Below are positions 27,602 to 37,806 of a DNA stretch of 64,000 nucleotides, piece after piece. Source of the stretch: a virus (Duplodnaviria > Caudoviricetes). Position 1 is the stretch's first letter. Each line of letters opens with the position of its first letter. The stretch is from positions 32,001 to 96,000 of the IMG/VR virus record IMGVR_UViG_3300037467_003067, one strand, 5' to 3'. The notes under the pieces were generated by a model, which saw only the letters and a list, made by a program, of their open reading frames with translations, made no database searches and was not told the DNA's origin. The translations under genes were made by a program, and so were the position numbers.

Positions 27602-30600
27602 ATGCCTGGATATCCGTGGTGGGACCTATTTAAAGTTTATACAGCCGCTTTCGATACCGACCCCTTGTCGAAAAAGAATGACGAGAAGAACCTGTCGGGC
27701 GCTGGTGTCATCAATCCTAATGCCGTGGGCATGATGGATATCCGCGCCGACCAAGCCGGATCAGGGAGCAGCGACCTCGTCCGAATCGGTGCCTCAGGCA
27801 ACGAGATGGTCGACCTCACGTCGGTCGAAGATCGCCGCGCCCGCTACAAGGAATACGAGCGACTCCGAAACATCGCTGAAGTCGAAAACTGCATGACCGT
27901 TTTCGCCGACGAAGCCTGCGTTGCCGGTGACACCAAGGTCGCCACGCCATTCGGCTTTCCCACGATCCAATGGCTCGCAGAGAACCGTGCTAATGACCGC
28001 TTCCTCGTCTACTGCTGGGATTTCGAGAAGGAAGATTATAGCCTGGGATGGGCATTCGCCCCAAGGAAGACCGGTACCCGAGAAACTGTCCAGGTCACTC
28101 TCGACGACGGCAGTACCGTAACCTGTACCCCAGACCACAGGATTCTTCTGAAGAACCAGCAATGGACATTCGCAGGCGACCTCAAGTTCGGCGACCACTT
28201 GATGCCATTCTATAAGATTCCACCTAACCCCTATCTCTCGAAACTGAAGACTGGTCAATTCCCGAGAATCTTCACTTTCCACGATGGTTGGACCCATGAA
28301 CGATTCTTTGTCGATAAATGGAGAACCGGACAGGAATCCCCGCAGCAAGCCAAGGTCCAGAAGGCGATTCGGGCTCTTGCAGCCGGTCTCAGCACCAGAC
28401 AGACCGGAGAACTCGTTGGACACGAATGGAAGACCATCGAAGGTTGGCTCCACAAGAATGGCTTCGGCTCCAAGGAAATCAAGTGGCTCGGCAAGAAAGC
28501 CGACCATCGTCGGGTCGTCGATGTCTCAAGGCATAAGGAAATCGACGTCTATGACCTCTCCGTGGAAGAACACAAGTGCTTCGCTACGACCAACATCATC
28601 ATGCACAATTGCCAGAAAGATGATGATGGACACATATGCAAAGTCATAGTTGATGACTCTGATGTCAAGGACGAAGCTGAACATTTCCTCTACAAAATCG
28701 TCGATATCGACCGCAAGGCGTGGAATTGGTTCAAGAACGACATCATCGCAGGCGACGGCTTCTATGAAATGATCCCTTCACCCGAAGACCCGAAACAAGG
28801 AATATTAAAGGTCGAAAGATTGCCCCAAGAGACCATGTTCCGCATCGAGACCGTCAAAGGCAGAATCGTCGAGTTCCAGCAATCCAAAGAAGGACCAGAC
28901 CTCGAATGCCTGAAGGTAGATATTACGCAAGCTACTGATACAGATCTGATGTCGTCCAAGGCGATCAGATTCGCCCCAGACCAAATCGTCCACGTGAGAC
29001 ACGGCGAGGATCGATCCATGTTCCGACCCTATGGCGTCAGCCTGATCGAACCGGCTCGTGGTCCAGCACACCAGCTTCGCATGATGGAGGATGCAATGCT
29101 GGTTTATAGGCTGACTCGCGCCCCTGAGCGTAGGGTCTTCTACATCGACGTCGGAACCATTGCCGGTGCCAGAGCCGAAGCCTTCATGAAGCAAATCAAG
29201 GACCAATTCAAGAAACGTAAGACCACGGGACGAGGTCACGGAACCGGAGCCAATGCAGTCGAAGAACGATGGCACGCACCATCTGCCGACGAAGATTATT
29301 GGATTCCTATCCGACCAAATAGCAATACCAGGATCGACACTTTGCCAGGTGCCTGTCTTGCCCTAGATACCGAAATTCCTTTGCTTGATGGAAGAAATCT
29401 TCCATTGCTAAAAATTATTGAAGAATACAAGCAAGGAAAGAAGCTATGGACATACAGTATCAATCCTAAAACCGGACAGTCTGTACCAGGACCAATTACT
29501 TGGGCTGGAATTACGCGACGTAATACTGAAGCTGTCAGGATTCATTTCGATAACGGCAAGAGCGTTACATGTACTCCAGACCACAATTTCCCCGTCCAGG
29601 GTAAAGGTAAAACTCAAGCTAAGGACCTGAAGCCGGGCGATAGCATGTTCCCATTTAAGACCAGAATGGAAAATTTGAGTTCAGGGTGGAAATCAAAATA
29701 CACTCAAGTTTATGATTCTAAAGAACGTAATTGGGTATTCGTACACCGGATGGTCAAAGATAGCTTAAAGAAAACGGATTTTGACGATATTTTAGTTTTT
29801 AATGAAAAACATCAAAACGATCCAAAAAAAGTAATTCATCATGTTGATTACAATCGATTGAATAACAACCCAAATAATTTGGCGTGGATGAATTGGTACG
29901 ACCACATAGAACTCCACAGGACTAATCAACACGTGACTAATGACAACATTAGTAAGGCTTTGACTAAGTATCATGAAAATCTTTCCAATGAAGATAAGGC
30001 AAAAAGAGATAAGATACTTTCAAAGCGATCAAGAAAGGGAAGTAATTCTCTTTTAAGTAAACTAGAAGACCCAGAATATAATGAATGGTTTCGAAGTCAA
30101 CAATTGGAAGGATGGAAAACCGCAGCCATCTTGCGCCCTGAATTGCATAAAATGAGAGGCGAAAAGATTACGGCTAGAAATCTAGAGTTTTGGTCTAATC
30201 CAGAAAACAAAAAGAAGGTTTTCGCGAAACAAACGATTTCGTATCCAAAATCCATGTTTGATGAGTTCGTACGGCTTGTCAAAGAAGGTTTGCTTCTTGA
30301 AGAAATCTTACCACAAATTAATTCTAACCAGAATATTATTCAAGATTTCATTGATTGCAATTCGCATATCAAGAGGAATGTTGATTTCTCTAAAGGTATT
30401 AGTGATGACCATGCCAAGAAAATGGTCAAGGCTTATGGCTATAAAGGAATCAAGCACCTCCGAAAAGAAGCGAATCACTACAATCATAAAGTCGTAAAGA
30501 TTGAATTCCTTCAAGAAAAAGTAGATACAGGAACCTTGACCATTGATGGCAATCATGAAGTTCATGATTACCACACATTTGCCTTAAGTTGTTGTGGAGT

Positions 30601-31459
30601 ATATACTTATAACTCGAATCTCGGCGAAATCGACGACGCTCTTTATTTCCGCAACAAGCTCTACATCGCGTTGAACTTCCCCAAAAACTACTTTAATCAG
30701 GAAGACAGCGCCCAGACCCGGATCACCCTCTCGGCTCAGGACGTGAGGTTTGCGAGAAGCATCGAACGACTCCAGAGCGCCTTCGAATACGGACTCCAGG
30801 AGATGGTCACAAGACATCTTTATCTCATGGGTTTCCCCGAGGAAAGCTATGACGAACTGAAAGTCAGAATGACCCCGCCGTCCGACTGGCGTGAACTGAG
30901 TCGGGCCGAAGTCGATAGCAATCGCCTCAACAAGGCGACCACCCTCAAGAGTTCGCAGCTTTATTCGGATTTTGATATATACGTCAAAGTCTTCGACATG
31001 ACCGAAGACGAGGCGAGGGAGATCCAGTCACGAATGAAGGTTCAGAAGATGGACGACCTGAGAATTCAGATTATCGCCAACAATCCGCAAATCATGGGTG
31101 TCGGATTGCCAGGCGATGGAGAAACGGAACTCGGCACCGAGGCTGGAGGTCCCGCTCCCGACTTGATGCCCCCCGATGGTGGTGGAATGCCTCCGGGAGC
31201 TCCGCCGGGTCCAGGTGGATCGCCTATGGGACCGGGGGGAGGTCCACCCCAAGGCATGACGAAGTACATGTCGGCTGATGGAGGACCAGACCAGGCACAG
31301 GGGCAACAACAGCAATCGCAAGACCCCAATCAGGGACAGGAAAGTTCGCCCCCACCGTTGCCCGATGCGTCCGAAGACGATATAAGGAAGTATCACATGG
31401 GGATCGAGGACTACGCCTCCGAACAGGACGCCGAAGACATCGATTATAGCGAACTCTAA
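27602..31459 (+). CDS. gp20: portal protein (T4 gp20-like) with two inteins; about 634 aa after splicing
   Basis: QLRMMEDAMLVYRLTRAPERRVFYIDVG, EDYWIP, TLPG..NLGEIDD and YFRNKLY. Confidence 0.95.
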   Translation: MPGYPWWDLFKVYTAAFDTDPLSKKNDEKNLSGAGVINPNAVGMMDIRADQAGSGSSDLVRIGASGNEMVDLTSVEDRRARYKEYERLRNIAEVENCMTVFADEACVAGDTKVATPFGFPTIQWLAENRANDRFLVYCWDFEKEDYSLGWAFAPRKTGTRETVQVTLDDGSTVTCTPDHRILLKNQQWTFAGDLKFGDHLMPFYKIPPNPYLSKLKTGQFPRIFTFHDGWTHERFFVDKWRTGQESPQQAKVQKAIRALAAGLSTRQTGELVGHEWKTIEGWLHKNGFGSKEIKWLGKKADHRRVVDVSRHKEIDVYDLSVEEHKCFATTNIIMHNCQKDDDGHICKVIVDDSDVKDEAEHFLYKIVDIDRKAWNWFKNDIIAGDGFYEMIPSPEDPKQGILKVERLPQETMFRIETVKGRIVEFQQSKEGPDLECLKVDITQATDTDLMSSKAIRFAPDQIVHVRHGEDRSMFRPYGVSLIEPARGPAHQLRMMEDAMLVYRLTRAPERRVFYIDVGTIAGARAEAFMKQIKDQFKKRKTTGRGHGTGANAVEERWHAPSADEDYWIPIRPNSNTRIDTLPGACLALDTEIPLLDGRNLPLLKIIEEYKQGKKLWTYSINPKTGQSVPGPITWAGITRRNTEAVRIHFDNGKSVTCTPDHNFPVQGKGKTQAKDLKPGDSMFPFKTRMENLSSGWKSKYTQVYDSKERNWVFVHRMVKDSLKKTDFDDILVFNEKHQNDPKKVIHHVDYNRLNNNPNNLAWMNWYDHIELHRTNQHVTNDNISKALTKYHENLSNEDKAKRDKILSKRSRKGSNSLLSKLEDPEYNEWFRSQQLEGWKTAAILRPELHKMRGEKITARNLEFWSNPENKKKVFAKQTISYPKSMFDEFVRLVKEGLLLEEILPQINSNQNIIQDFIDCNSHIKRNVDFSKGISDDHAKKMVKAYGYKGIKHLRKEANHYNHKVVKIEFLQEKVDTGTLTIDGNHEVHDYHTFALSCCGVYTYNSNLGEIDDALYFRNKLYIALNFPKNYFNQEDSAQTRITLSAQDVRFARSIERLQSAFEYGLQEMVTRHLYLMGFPEESYDELKVRMTPPSDWRELSRAEVDSNRLNKATTLKSSQLYSDFDIYVKVFDMTEDEAREIQSRMKVQKMDDLRIQIIANNPQIMGVGLPGDGETELGTEAGGPAPDLMPPDGGGMPPGAPPGPGGSPMGPGGGPPQGMTKYMSADGGPDQAQGQQQQSQDPNQGQESSPPPLPDASEDDIRKYHMGIEDYASEQDAEDIDYSEL
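27917..28609 (+). mobile_element. intein 1 in portal (231 aa; HTH, no intact endonuclease seen)
   Basis: CVAGDT.. block A, TPDH block B, VYDLSV..HN/C end. Confidence 0.9.
29354..30613 (+). mobile_element. intein 2 in portal (420 aa) with HNH endonuclease
   Basis: CLALDT.., TPDH, VHR..IHHVDYNRLNNNPNNL..H, YN/S end; visibly AT-rich. Confidence 0.9.
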
Positions 31460-31480
31460 GAACAAGAAAGAGGACACAGA

Positions 31481-32497
31481 ATGAATTTTTCAGATTGGCT
31501 TCAAGTCGAAGAAAGACAACTTTATTTTGATTTCATGAAGATTCCTTCTGTGTCCTTGTTGGAGATCAAGCAGCGGAAGTTGTTCGGTCCCGTCTACCAC
31601 GGAACCAATGAAGAAAACCGCCAGAAGATCGGCGATACAGGATTTAACACCTATATCGGTGACGCCAGAACCGGTCCCGTTGCTAACGGTTATGTTCTTA
31701 CGAACTACGTGAATAACATCCCGCCACCAATTCATCATCTGGGGTTCGGCATCTACTTCACTACCAGCAAGACAAATGGGAAAAAGTATGCCCACAACAA
31801 ATCGACCGGATTGATCGAATGCTATATCGATGCCCCAAGACTCGAAACCATTAACTTCGGTGCCAAGAACACGATGATGAAATGGTGGATCGAGAATGGT
31901 TACGACATGAGACCGGTCAAGAATTTCTCTGACCCTCAAGTTGCAGCCGAACGCCTCGAAGCCACGATCAACATGACCAATGTACTGAAAAGCAAATACG
32001 ATGCAGTCTTGTACAAGGGCAAAGGATATAGCTCGATGCTCGACGGCAATCAACTCGTCGTCTTCGATTCCCACAATATCTATCGCCACGACCCAACAGC
32101 CGATCGCCAGGATACCGGCGACCTCGGCGTAGGCATCGGCGACCGAATCCAATTCAAAGATTCGACCACGGTGGGCAAGGTGGTCAATCTGGAACTCCCC
32201 AGACCAGGTCAATCCCAGGACTATCTCGCCTTCTTCGGTCCCTACAAATACTCCTTCACCCTGAAGGACATTAAAAATCCTGATGACTTCATTGCCAGGT
32301 ACACGCCTATAATCAAGACCAAGATCGAGCAAGACCCCAAGTCCAGGGAGTTTCTCAAAGTCAGAATGCAGAACAGTCAAGGCGAATATGACGCGGAACT
32401 CGAAAGGTATGCCAACTACATCGCCAGGAGATTGCTGGATACGATGCCCGATACCTTGGTTGGAAATGTCTACAAAAAAGGGACGAGAATTAAATAA
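31481..32497 (+). CDS. ADP-ribosyltransferase-like protein with capsid-targeting-like N-terminus
   Basis: VYHGT, GFGIYFT, KYA, YDAV and QLVVFD; starts MNFSDWLQVEE. Confidence 0.7.
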   Translation: MNFSDWLQVEERQLYFDFMKIPSVSLLEIKQRKLFGPVYHGTNEENRQKIGDTGFNTYIGDARTGPVANGYVLTNYVNNIPPPIHHLGFGIYFTTSKTNGKKYAHNKSTGLIECYIDAPRLETINFGAKNTMMKWWIENGYDMRPVKNFSDPQVAAERLEATINMTNVLKSKYDAVLYKGKGYSSMLDGNQLVVFDSHNIYRHDPTADRQDTGDLGVGIGDRIQFKDSTTVGKVVNLELPRPGQSQDYLAFFGPYKYSFTLKDIKNPDDFIARYTPIIKTKIEQDPKSREFLKVRMQNSQGEYDAELERYANYIARRLLDTMPDTLVGNVYKKGTRIK

Positions 32498-32559
32498 AAA
32501 TCAAGTTCGTCCCAAATATGTTTAAGCTATATTTATTTTAACATAAACCAGGGGGCGGC

Positions 32560-33447
32560 ATGATCGAATTAAGCAATGGACATAAGTTCAGTTTTCAATG
32601 CGCATCAGGAGCCTTGGGCTTCGACGGACTCGGATACTTCTGGGAATATCCCCTAAGGTGGCTCGGTCTCATCGACCCAACCCAATTCACCGTCGTCGCC
32701 AAGACCGTCACGCTCAATCCCAGAGAAGGCAACCTCAGCATGTGGCACCCCTGGACCTGCGTCCGACTGCTCCCCGAAGGCACGGTCAACAGCGTCGGTC
32801 TCACCAACCCCGGTCTCGAAACCTGGATTGAAACCTATTACCCACGCGCCCAAAAGAAAGGCTACGACCTCGCCGCATCCGTCGAATCCGATAGCTGGGA
32901 AGACGCCTTCGTCATCGGCACCTTCCTCGCCGATTGCGACCTTAAATTCATCGAAGTCAACGTAAGTTGCCCGAACGTAGGTAAAATGACGCCTGCTGAT
33001 ATGGTCACAAAAGTTATCAAAGGATTAAAGGAATCTTGCCCCAAGCATCCCGTCATCCTCAAGATGTCCTTCCAGCAAACACAAGATGAACAACTCGTGA
33101 CCAAATTGGGGCAACTCGACGAGATCGAGGCAGTCCATGTTATCAACTCCGTGCCCTGGGAAGTCATCTTCCCCGACCAACCCTCGCCCCTGGAGAAGTA
33201 CAACCTCACAGGTGGTGTCAGCGGTACGTACATCCACAGCCTCGCCAGGACCGCTGTGAGGAACATCAAAAGACTGATCCCCAACAAGCCGGTCGTTGCG
33301 GGCGGCGGGATCTACTCCCTCCAAGAAATAAGCAATTTCAAATATGATGGGGCATCCGCATATTCCTTCGGAACGCTCTTCCTCAGGAAACCTTGGATGC
33401 CCAACCAAATCATCAAGCAGATCAAGAACTACGAGGCGTGGCTTTAA
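32560..33447 (+). CDS. pyrD: dihydroorotate dehydrogenase, class 1 catalytic subunit
   Basis: ASG, KTVT..PREGN, NSVGLTNPG, EVNVSCPN, GGVSG and GGGI. Confidence 0.9.
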   Translation: MIELSNGHKFSFQCASGALGFDGLGYFWEYPLRWLGLIDPTQFTVVAKTVTLNPREGNLSMWHPWTCVRLLPEGTVNSVGLTNPGLETWIETYYPRAQKKGYDLAASVESDSWEDAFVIGTFLADCDLKFIEVNVSCPNVGKMTPADMVTKVIKGLKESCPKHPVILKMSFQQTQDEQLVTKLGQLDEIEAVHVINSVPWEVIFPDQPSPLEKYNLTGGVSGTYIHSLARTAVRNIKRLIPNKPVVAGGGIYSLQEISNFKYDGASAYSFGTLFLRKPWMPNQIIKQIKNYEAWL

Positions 33448-33869
33448 ATCGTGCCGCCCGTGTCGCCCGCATTCGGAACAATCATGTTGTTCATCGACAG
33501 GTCGGGCGGGCGACCAGTTGGCACATTGCCAGGGACATTCCCCAAGCCCGGTCCCTGACCCGGTGGGCTATTACTCAGGTCGATAAGATGGGTCCACCGC
33601 GTGGACACCTTCTGACGGATCTCCTGCTTGACGCCGTTGGGAACCTGCGGATCAGACATCACGGCATTCACAATCGCATTGAGAATCTGCGAACCCGTAG
33701 GACCATTCAACGCGCTAGAAATCGACGCCGATAAGTCCTTGAATGCCATCTGAAGTCTGCTGGAATAGGGCGCAATCTGACCCGCACCATTCCCGATCGG
33801 CGCGGATACCCCACTATTATCATTCATATCTTCACGCAAACGAACATACTGACCGAATGTTTTTATCAA
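33444..33869 (-). CDS. hypothetical protein with capsid-targeting-like N-terminus
   Basis: TTG start after AGGAG; MIKTFGQYVRLRED. Confidence 0.65.
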   Translation of the reverse strand: MIKTFGQYVRLREDMNDNSGVSAPIGNGAGQIAPYSSRLQMAFKDLSASISSALNGPTGSQILNAIVNAVMSDPQVPNGVKQEIRQKVSTRWTHLIDLSNSPPGQGPGLGNVPGNVPTGRPPDLSMNNMIVPNAGDTGGTI

Positions 33870-34201
33870 TTTTCACTCCTACTGCGAGTTTCTACACGTA
33901 GATGTATAACTATGGTTATCGGGCTTGCCTTAGAAATCAGTTTTGCCCTGAAATCTAATTTTTGGCAACTGAAATTGAGTCACAAGAATAATTGCGATCA
34001 GCCCTAGATCAGTAATAACTACTCTAGCGAGTTTTGGTTTTTCGAGCAAGATCAATATTTGCCTGAAAAATCATATCCAAGAATTGATTCTTGGACAAAG
34101 TCCTAGTCCTAGTTATGAGTAAACTTGTTAAAAGTTAACTCTATGACACTATATATGCCTTACACGCTGCTGTTAGTTAAACGCTTAGGAGCAAATAAAA
34201 T

Positions 34202-36082
34202 ATGCGAAGAAATTTAATTAAGTGGGAAGCGTTTGAAAGAATCCAGAAGGATTCTTTGTCGGCGGCTGAGCACGAACTGTTCGAAGCATCGGAAGTCCTC
34301 GCTGAGGCTTTGGGCGTCGATCAACTTGGTCTCAACTGCTACAGCGATTCAAACGTTATCTACGAAACTCTGGACAATACCTATGTCCGAGCAGATTATG
34401 CCCTTTCCCATGACCACCTGACCTTCGAAAACATCGAAGAACTGGTCATCGACGAGGAAACCGCCGCAGAGGCAAGCAAGCAAAAGATCTCCGACCTGGT
34501 CGAGGCGATCCTGTCTAACGAGAGCCAAAAGGCTGACCAGATCCTTTCCGATTACATGTCCTCACCCGACGTTCGCAAGACCCTCATGGAAGGTCGTAAA
34601 GCCGGTTTCGTTCGCGACAAGAGCGAAGTCAAAGCCGCTGCCAAGACCAAGTCCAAGAACGCCGGAAAGTCCTTCATCAAGGCTCGCAAGCGATTGCTTG
34701 ATGCCGCTCCTGATGCCAACACCGGACCCCGCCTCAAGCGAGGAACCTTCGGTAGCATCAAGAATGACCCCAAAGGATATCAGAAGCGATACTGGAAGAC
34801 CCGTGGCAAGAAGCAAGGTCGTAACGTCATCAACGCTCAGGGCAAGGTCGAGAAAAAGAAGCACTGTATGAAGGAATTCTACAGCCTCGCCGAAAACGTC
34901 CTCGGCTTCGTTCACTACCACAACTTCGGTCCCCTTCTCCAAGAATCCGTCATCCATCGCGATCAGAAAGGTAACGTCGTCGCTGTCAAGATGCCGACCC
35001 TCAAGATCCGAAATGAGAACCGCATCCTGACCCTCAACCACAAGCACCAAATCGACAGCGATGTCAAAGTCGTGCGTGAAGAGGCTCACGGACTCGCGAC
35101 CGATGTCCGATTCTGCAAGGCTGTTGCCGAACTCAAGCGACACAACAACTTCTCGGATAATGAAGCCCTCAAGGAATGCCTCAACAACCTCGTTGGGCAG
35201 TTCCCCAGCGTGCTTTACCTCTCCCAGACCGAACTGTCGCACACCGTCGCCGAAGCCCTCGACACCGCTGGTGTCGCCAACTACGACGACCAGACCTGCG
35301 ACTTCATCGCCGAAGGTATCCTCCGCACCGCTTACGATGTCTTCGGAGATCGCGTCGAGCGAATCCTGCGATTCGCCCAAGCCGATGTCCAGACTGAAGG
35401 CGATGCCTACGTACACTTCCAAGATGTTGTTCATAAGTTCTTCCCAACACTTGACGAAAACTACACGTTACAGATGCAGGTCTTCACCGACCTCTTCAAC
35501 GCTGTCAACGAAGTGTGGGGACTCGCAACAGAGGCGGGCGACGCTGCTACCGTCAAGGACGCCGAGACCATCCTCGAAGAACTCTCCGCGATCGTCGATG
35601 GACAGGCTACCGCCGATATCAACCTCGCCGAAGAAGTCGCCGAATGGCTCGCTCAGTATGTCGAGAGCAACCTCGAAGGCGGCGAATGGCAGATCCCTGG
35701 ACCGCACGTCACCATCAATGGCGACCACCCGGCGATGAACGACAAGGCTCGCAAAAGCTACAGTCCCGCTCAGGACGCTGGAGCCGATGCCGAGGCTTGG
35801 CACAACCGAGCCACAGAAAAGCAGTTCACCGGTTCCATGTGGACCAACGTGGGCGGCGAAGGCATCTTCCCAAACCTCAACAATCCTTACATCCCTAAGC
35901 CGTTCGGTGACTACACCATGAAGGGCGAGAAGGGCGTCGATAAGGACAACGGCGGCGAAGGCACCTGGCAGGATAGCAACACCTGGCCAAACCTGACCAA
36001 TCCCAACGTTCCCAAGGCAGAAACGCCCAAGAGCTACAAGATGAAGAACGGTCCGGAAACCGACTTGGTTGTTGATAAGTAA
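34202..36082 (+). CDS. putative prohead core/inner protein (626 aa)
   Basis: First gene of the protease-scaffold-capsid operon; strong codon bias; many [LIV]xE sites; CTATATA at 34149. Confidence 0.55.
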   Translation: MRRNLIKWEAFERIQKDSLSAAEHELFEASEVLAEALGVDQLGLNCYSDSNVIYETLDNTYVRADYALSHDHLTFENIEELVIDEETAAEASKQKISDLVEAILSNESQKADQILSDYMSSPDVRKTLMEGRKAGFVRDKSEVKAAAKTKSKNAGKSFIKARKRLLDAAPDANTGPRLKRGTFGSIKNDPKGYQKRYWKTRGKKQGRNVINAQGKVEKKKHCMKEFYSLAENVLGFVHYHNFGPLLQESVIHRDQKGNVVAVKMPTLKIRNENRILTLNHKHQIDSDVKVVREEAHGLATDVRFCKAVAELKRHNNFSDNEALKECLNNLVGQFPSVLYLSQTELSHTVAEALDTAGVANYDDQTCDFIAEGILRTAYDVFGDRVERILRFAQADVQTEGDAYVHFQDVVHKFFPTLDENYTLQMQVFTDLFNAVNEVWGLATEAGDAATVKDAETILEELSAIVDGQATADINLAEEVAEWLAQYVESNLEGGEWQIPGPHVTINGDHPAMNDKARKSYSPAQDAGADAEAWHNRATEKQFTGSMWTNVGGEGIFPNLNNPYIPKPFGDYTMKGEKGVDKDNGGEGTWQDSNTWPNLTNPNVPKAETPKSYKMKNGPETDLVVDK

Positions 36083-36104
36083 TCTTTAAATGGAGGTCAG
36101 GAGA

Positions 36105-36872
36105 GTGAACAATAAATGGAACAATGTTGATGTGAGCCTACAAGTGGCGAACAACATCGAACTCCTGCTCCCCCTAAACGAGAACTACCATGAGGGACAT
36201 CAATACCTCATGGTAGACTCGTGCCAAGGCGGCGGGTTTTTTCTCGACCTTCTGGAATCCACCAACGGTGGTCGTAGGACCAAATTCCGTGGCAAGTTCC
36301 AGGAAGCAGAAGCCGTAAACAAAAACAAGAGAATGTATCCATATAGCATTCTTGATGAGAATATCGGGCGACTCCAAGAGACCATCACCGCTGGTGGACT
36401 CGTCGGAGAACTCGACCACCCGACCGACTCCATCATCCACTTCGCTAACGCCTCCCACAAAATTACTAAGTTGTGGTGGGATGGCAATGTGCTGATGGGA
36501 GAAGGCGAAATTCTCGGCACGCCACATGGAATGATCCTCAAGGCTCTCATCGACGACGACGTTCGGGTCGGCATTAGTAGCCGAGGCGTCGGAAACGGTA
36601 AGGTCAACGAGGATGGTATCCTGGTTATCGGCGAATCCTATAAGCTGATTACCTTCGATGCCGTCGCTGACCCCAGCACCTTCCAGGCATTTCAGAAGGA
36701 AATCGTCGGAAACAAGCGAGAAAGCTATGTCCCACGAAATTCCGATAATAATACAAAAAATGTTCATAGCAGCATATATAACGTACGCAAAGAACAAGTT
36801 ATAGCTTGCTTGGGCGGCATTGTTAAAACACAAACCAATGAAATAAAGGCGAGGTTAAATAATAATGGATAA
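36105..36872 (+). CDS. gp21: prohead protease (T4 gp21-like)
   Basis: NKNKRMY, GELDHP, GISSRGVG and FDAVADPS. Start is GTG 36105 after GGAGG (the ORF track gives 36090). Confidence 0.95.
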   Translation: MNNKWNNVDVSLQVANNIELLLPLNENYHEGHQYLMVDSCQGGGFFLDLLESTNGGRRTKFRGKFQEAEAVNKNKRMYPYSILDENIGRLQETITAGGLVGELDHPTDSIIHFANASHKITKLWWDGNVLMGEGEILGTPHGMILKALIDDDVRVGISSRGVGNGKVNEDGILVIGESYKLITFDAVADPSTFQAFQKEIVGNKRESYVPRNSDNNTKNVHSSIYNVRKEQVIACLGGIVKTQTNEIKARLNNNG

Positions 36873-37779
36873 GGTTTTGGAAGCGTTGAAGCACTTGCTG
36901 CCGGAAGACAGCGTGAAGGAGATCTCCGAAGCGGTCTCAGGCATTCTTGAAGACGCCAAGAAAGAAATCGGAGATGAGTTCAACACCAAGCTAGAGGAAG
37001 CTTATGCTGATCTGGCTAAGGAGTTGGGCGATGCCGAGAAGACGGCTGAAGAAGGTTACACGGAAGCCTGGGGTATCATCCAGGATCTCCGCAACCGACT
37101 CGAAGCCCAGAAGGGCGAATTCGAAAAGGCTCTCGAAGATGGATATGCTGAAGCTTATGAGCTGATCCAGACCGAGAAGCAGAAGAATGAGAACCTGACC
37201 GCCGAGTTGTACGAAGAGTATGACCGTCGCCTCAAGGAAATGAAGGGATACATCGTCGAAAAGGTCGACGAATTCCTCAAGTTCCAGGGTGCCTCGATCT
37301 ACGAACAGGCTCGCCGCGATGTTCTCAATGACCCCCGCATGGCTGAACACAAGGTCACCCTCGACAAGATCGTCGACCTCGCCGTTAACTATGCCAGCGA
37401 CGAAGACTTCGCCTTCGCCAATAACAGCAAGCTCGAAGAAATGGCTCGCTCCGTCGACCAGTTGAAGTCTCAGGTTCGCCTTCTCGAAGGTCGTAACGTG
37501 AAGCTCTCAACCGAAAACACCAAGCTCAACGAACAGGTCCGCGCCGCCGCTGAAGTTATCACGGAAGCACGTGAACATAACTTGAAGATTGAGAGGAAAG
37601 AAAGAGTTAAGAATGGCAAGAACGCAAGTGGGAGAGGTAGCCTGATTGCCGAAGGTGTCATGCCCGAACCGCGTCACACCGCCAGCGAAGGCTCAAACGA
37701 TAGTGCGATCAATGAGAACACCAGCCCAGAACTTCATGAGATGCAAGTCCTTGCTGGGTTGAAGAAAGTTTCTTATTAA
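36865..37779 (+). CDS. gp22: prohead scaffold protein (T4 gp22-like)
   Basis: Acidic coiled coil with VEKVDEFL, located between the protease and capsid genes. Confidence 0.8.
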   Translation: MDKVLEALKHLLPEDSVKEISEAVSGILEDAKKEIGDEFNTKLEEAYADLAKELGDAEKTAEEGYTEAWGIIQDLRNRLEAQKGEFEKALEDGYAEAYELIQTEKQKNENLTAELYEEYDRRLKEMKGYIVEKVDEFLKFQGASIYEQARRDVLNDPRMAEHKVTLDKIVDLAVNYASDEDFAFANNSKLEEMARSVDQLKSQVRLLEGRNVKLSTENTKLNEQVRAAAEVITEAREHNLKIERKERVKNGKNASGRGSLIAEGVMPEPRHTASEGSNDSAINENTSPELHEMQVLAGLKKVSY

Positions 37780-37806
37780 TAATTACTTTTTGGAATAAGG
37801 TAAAAA

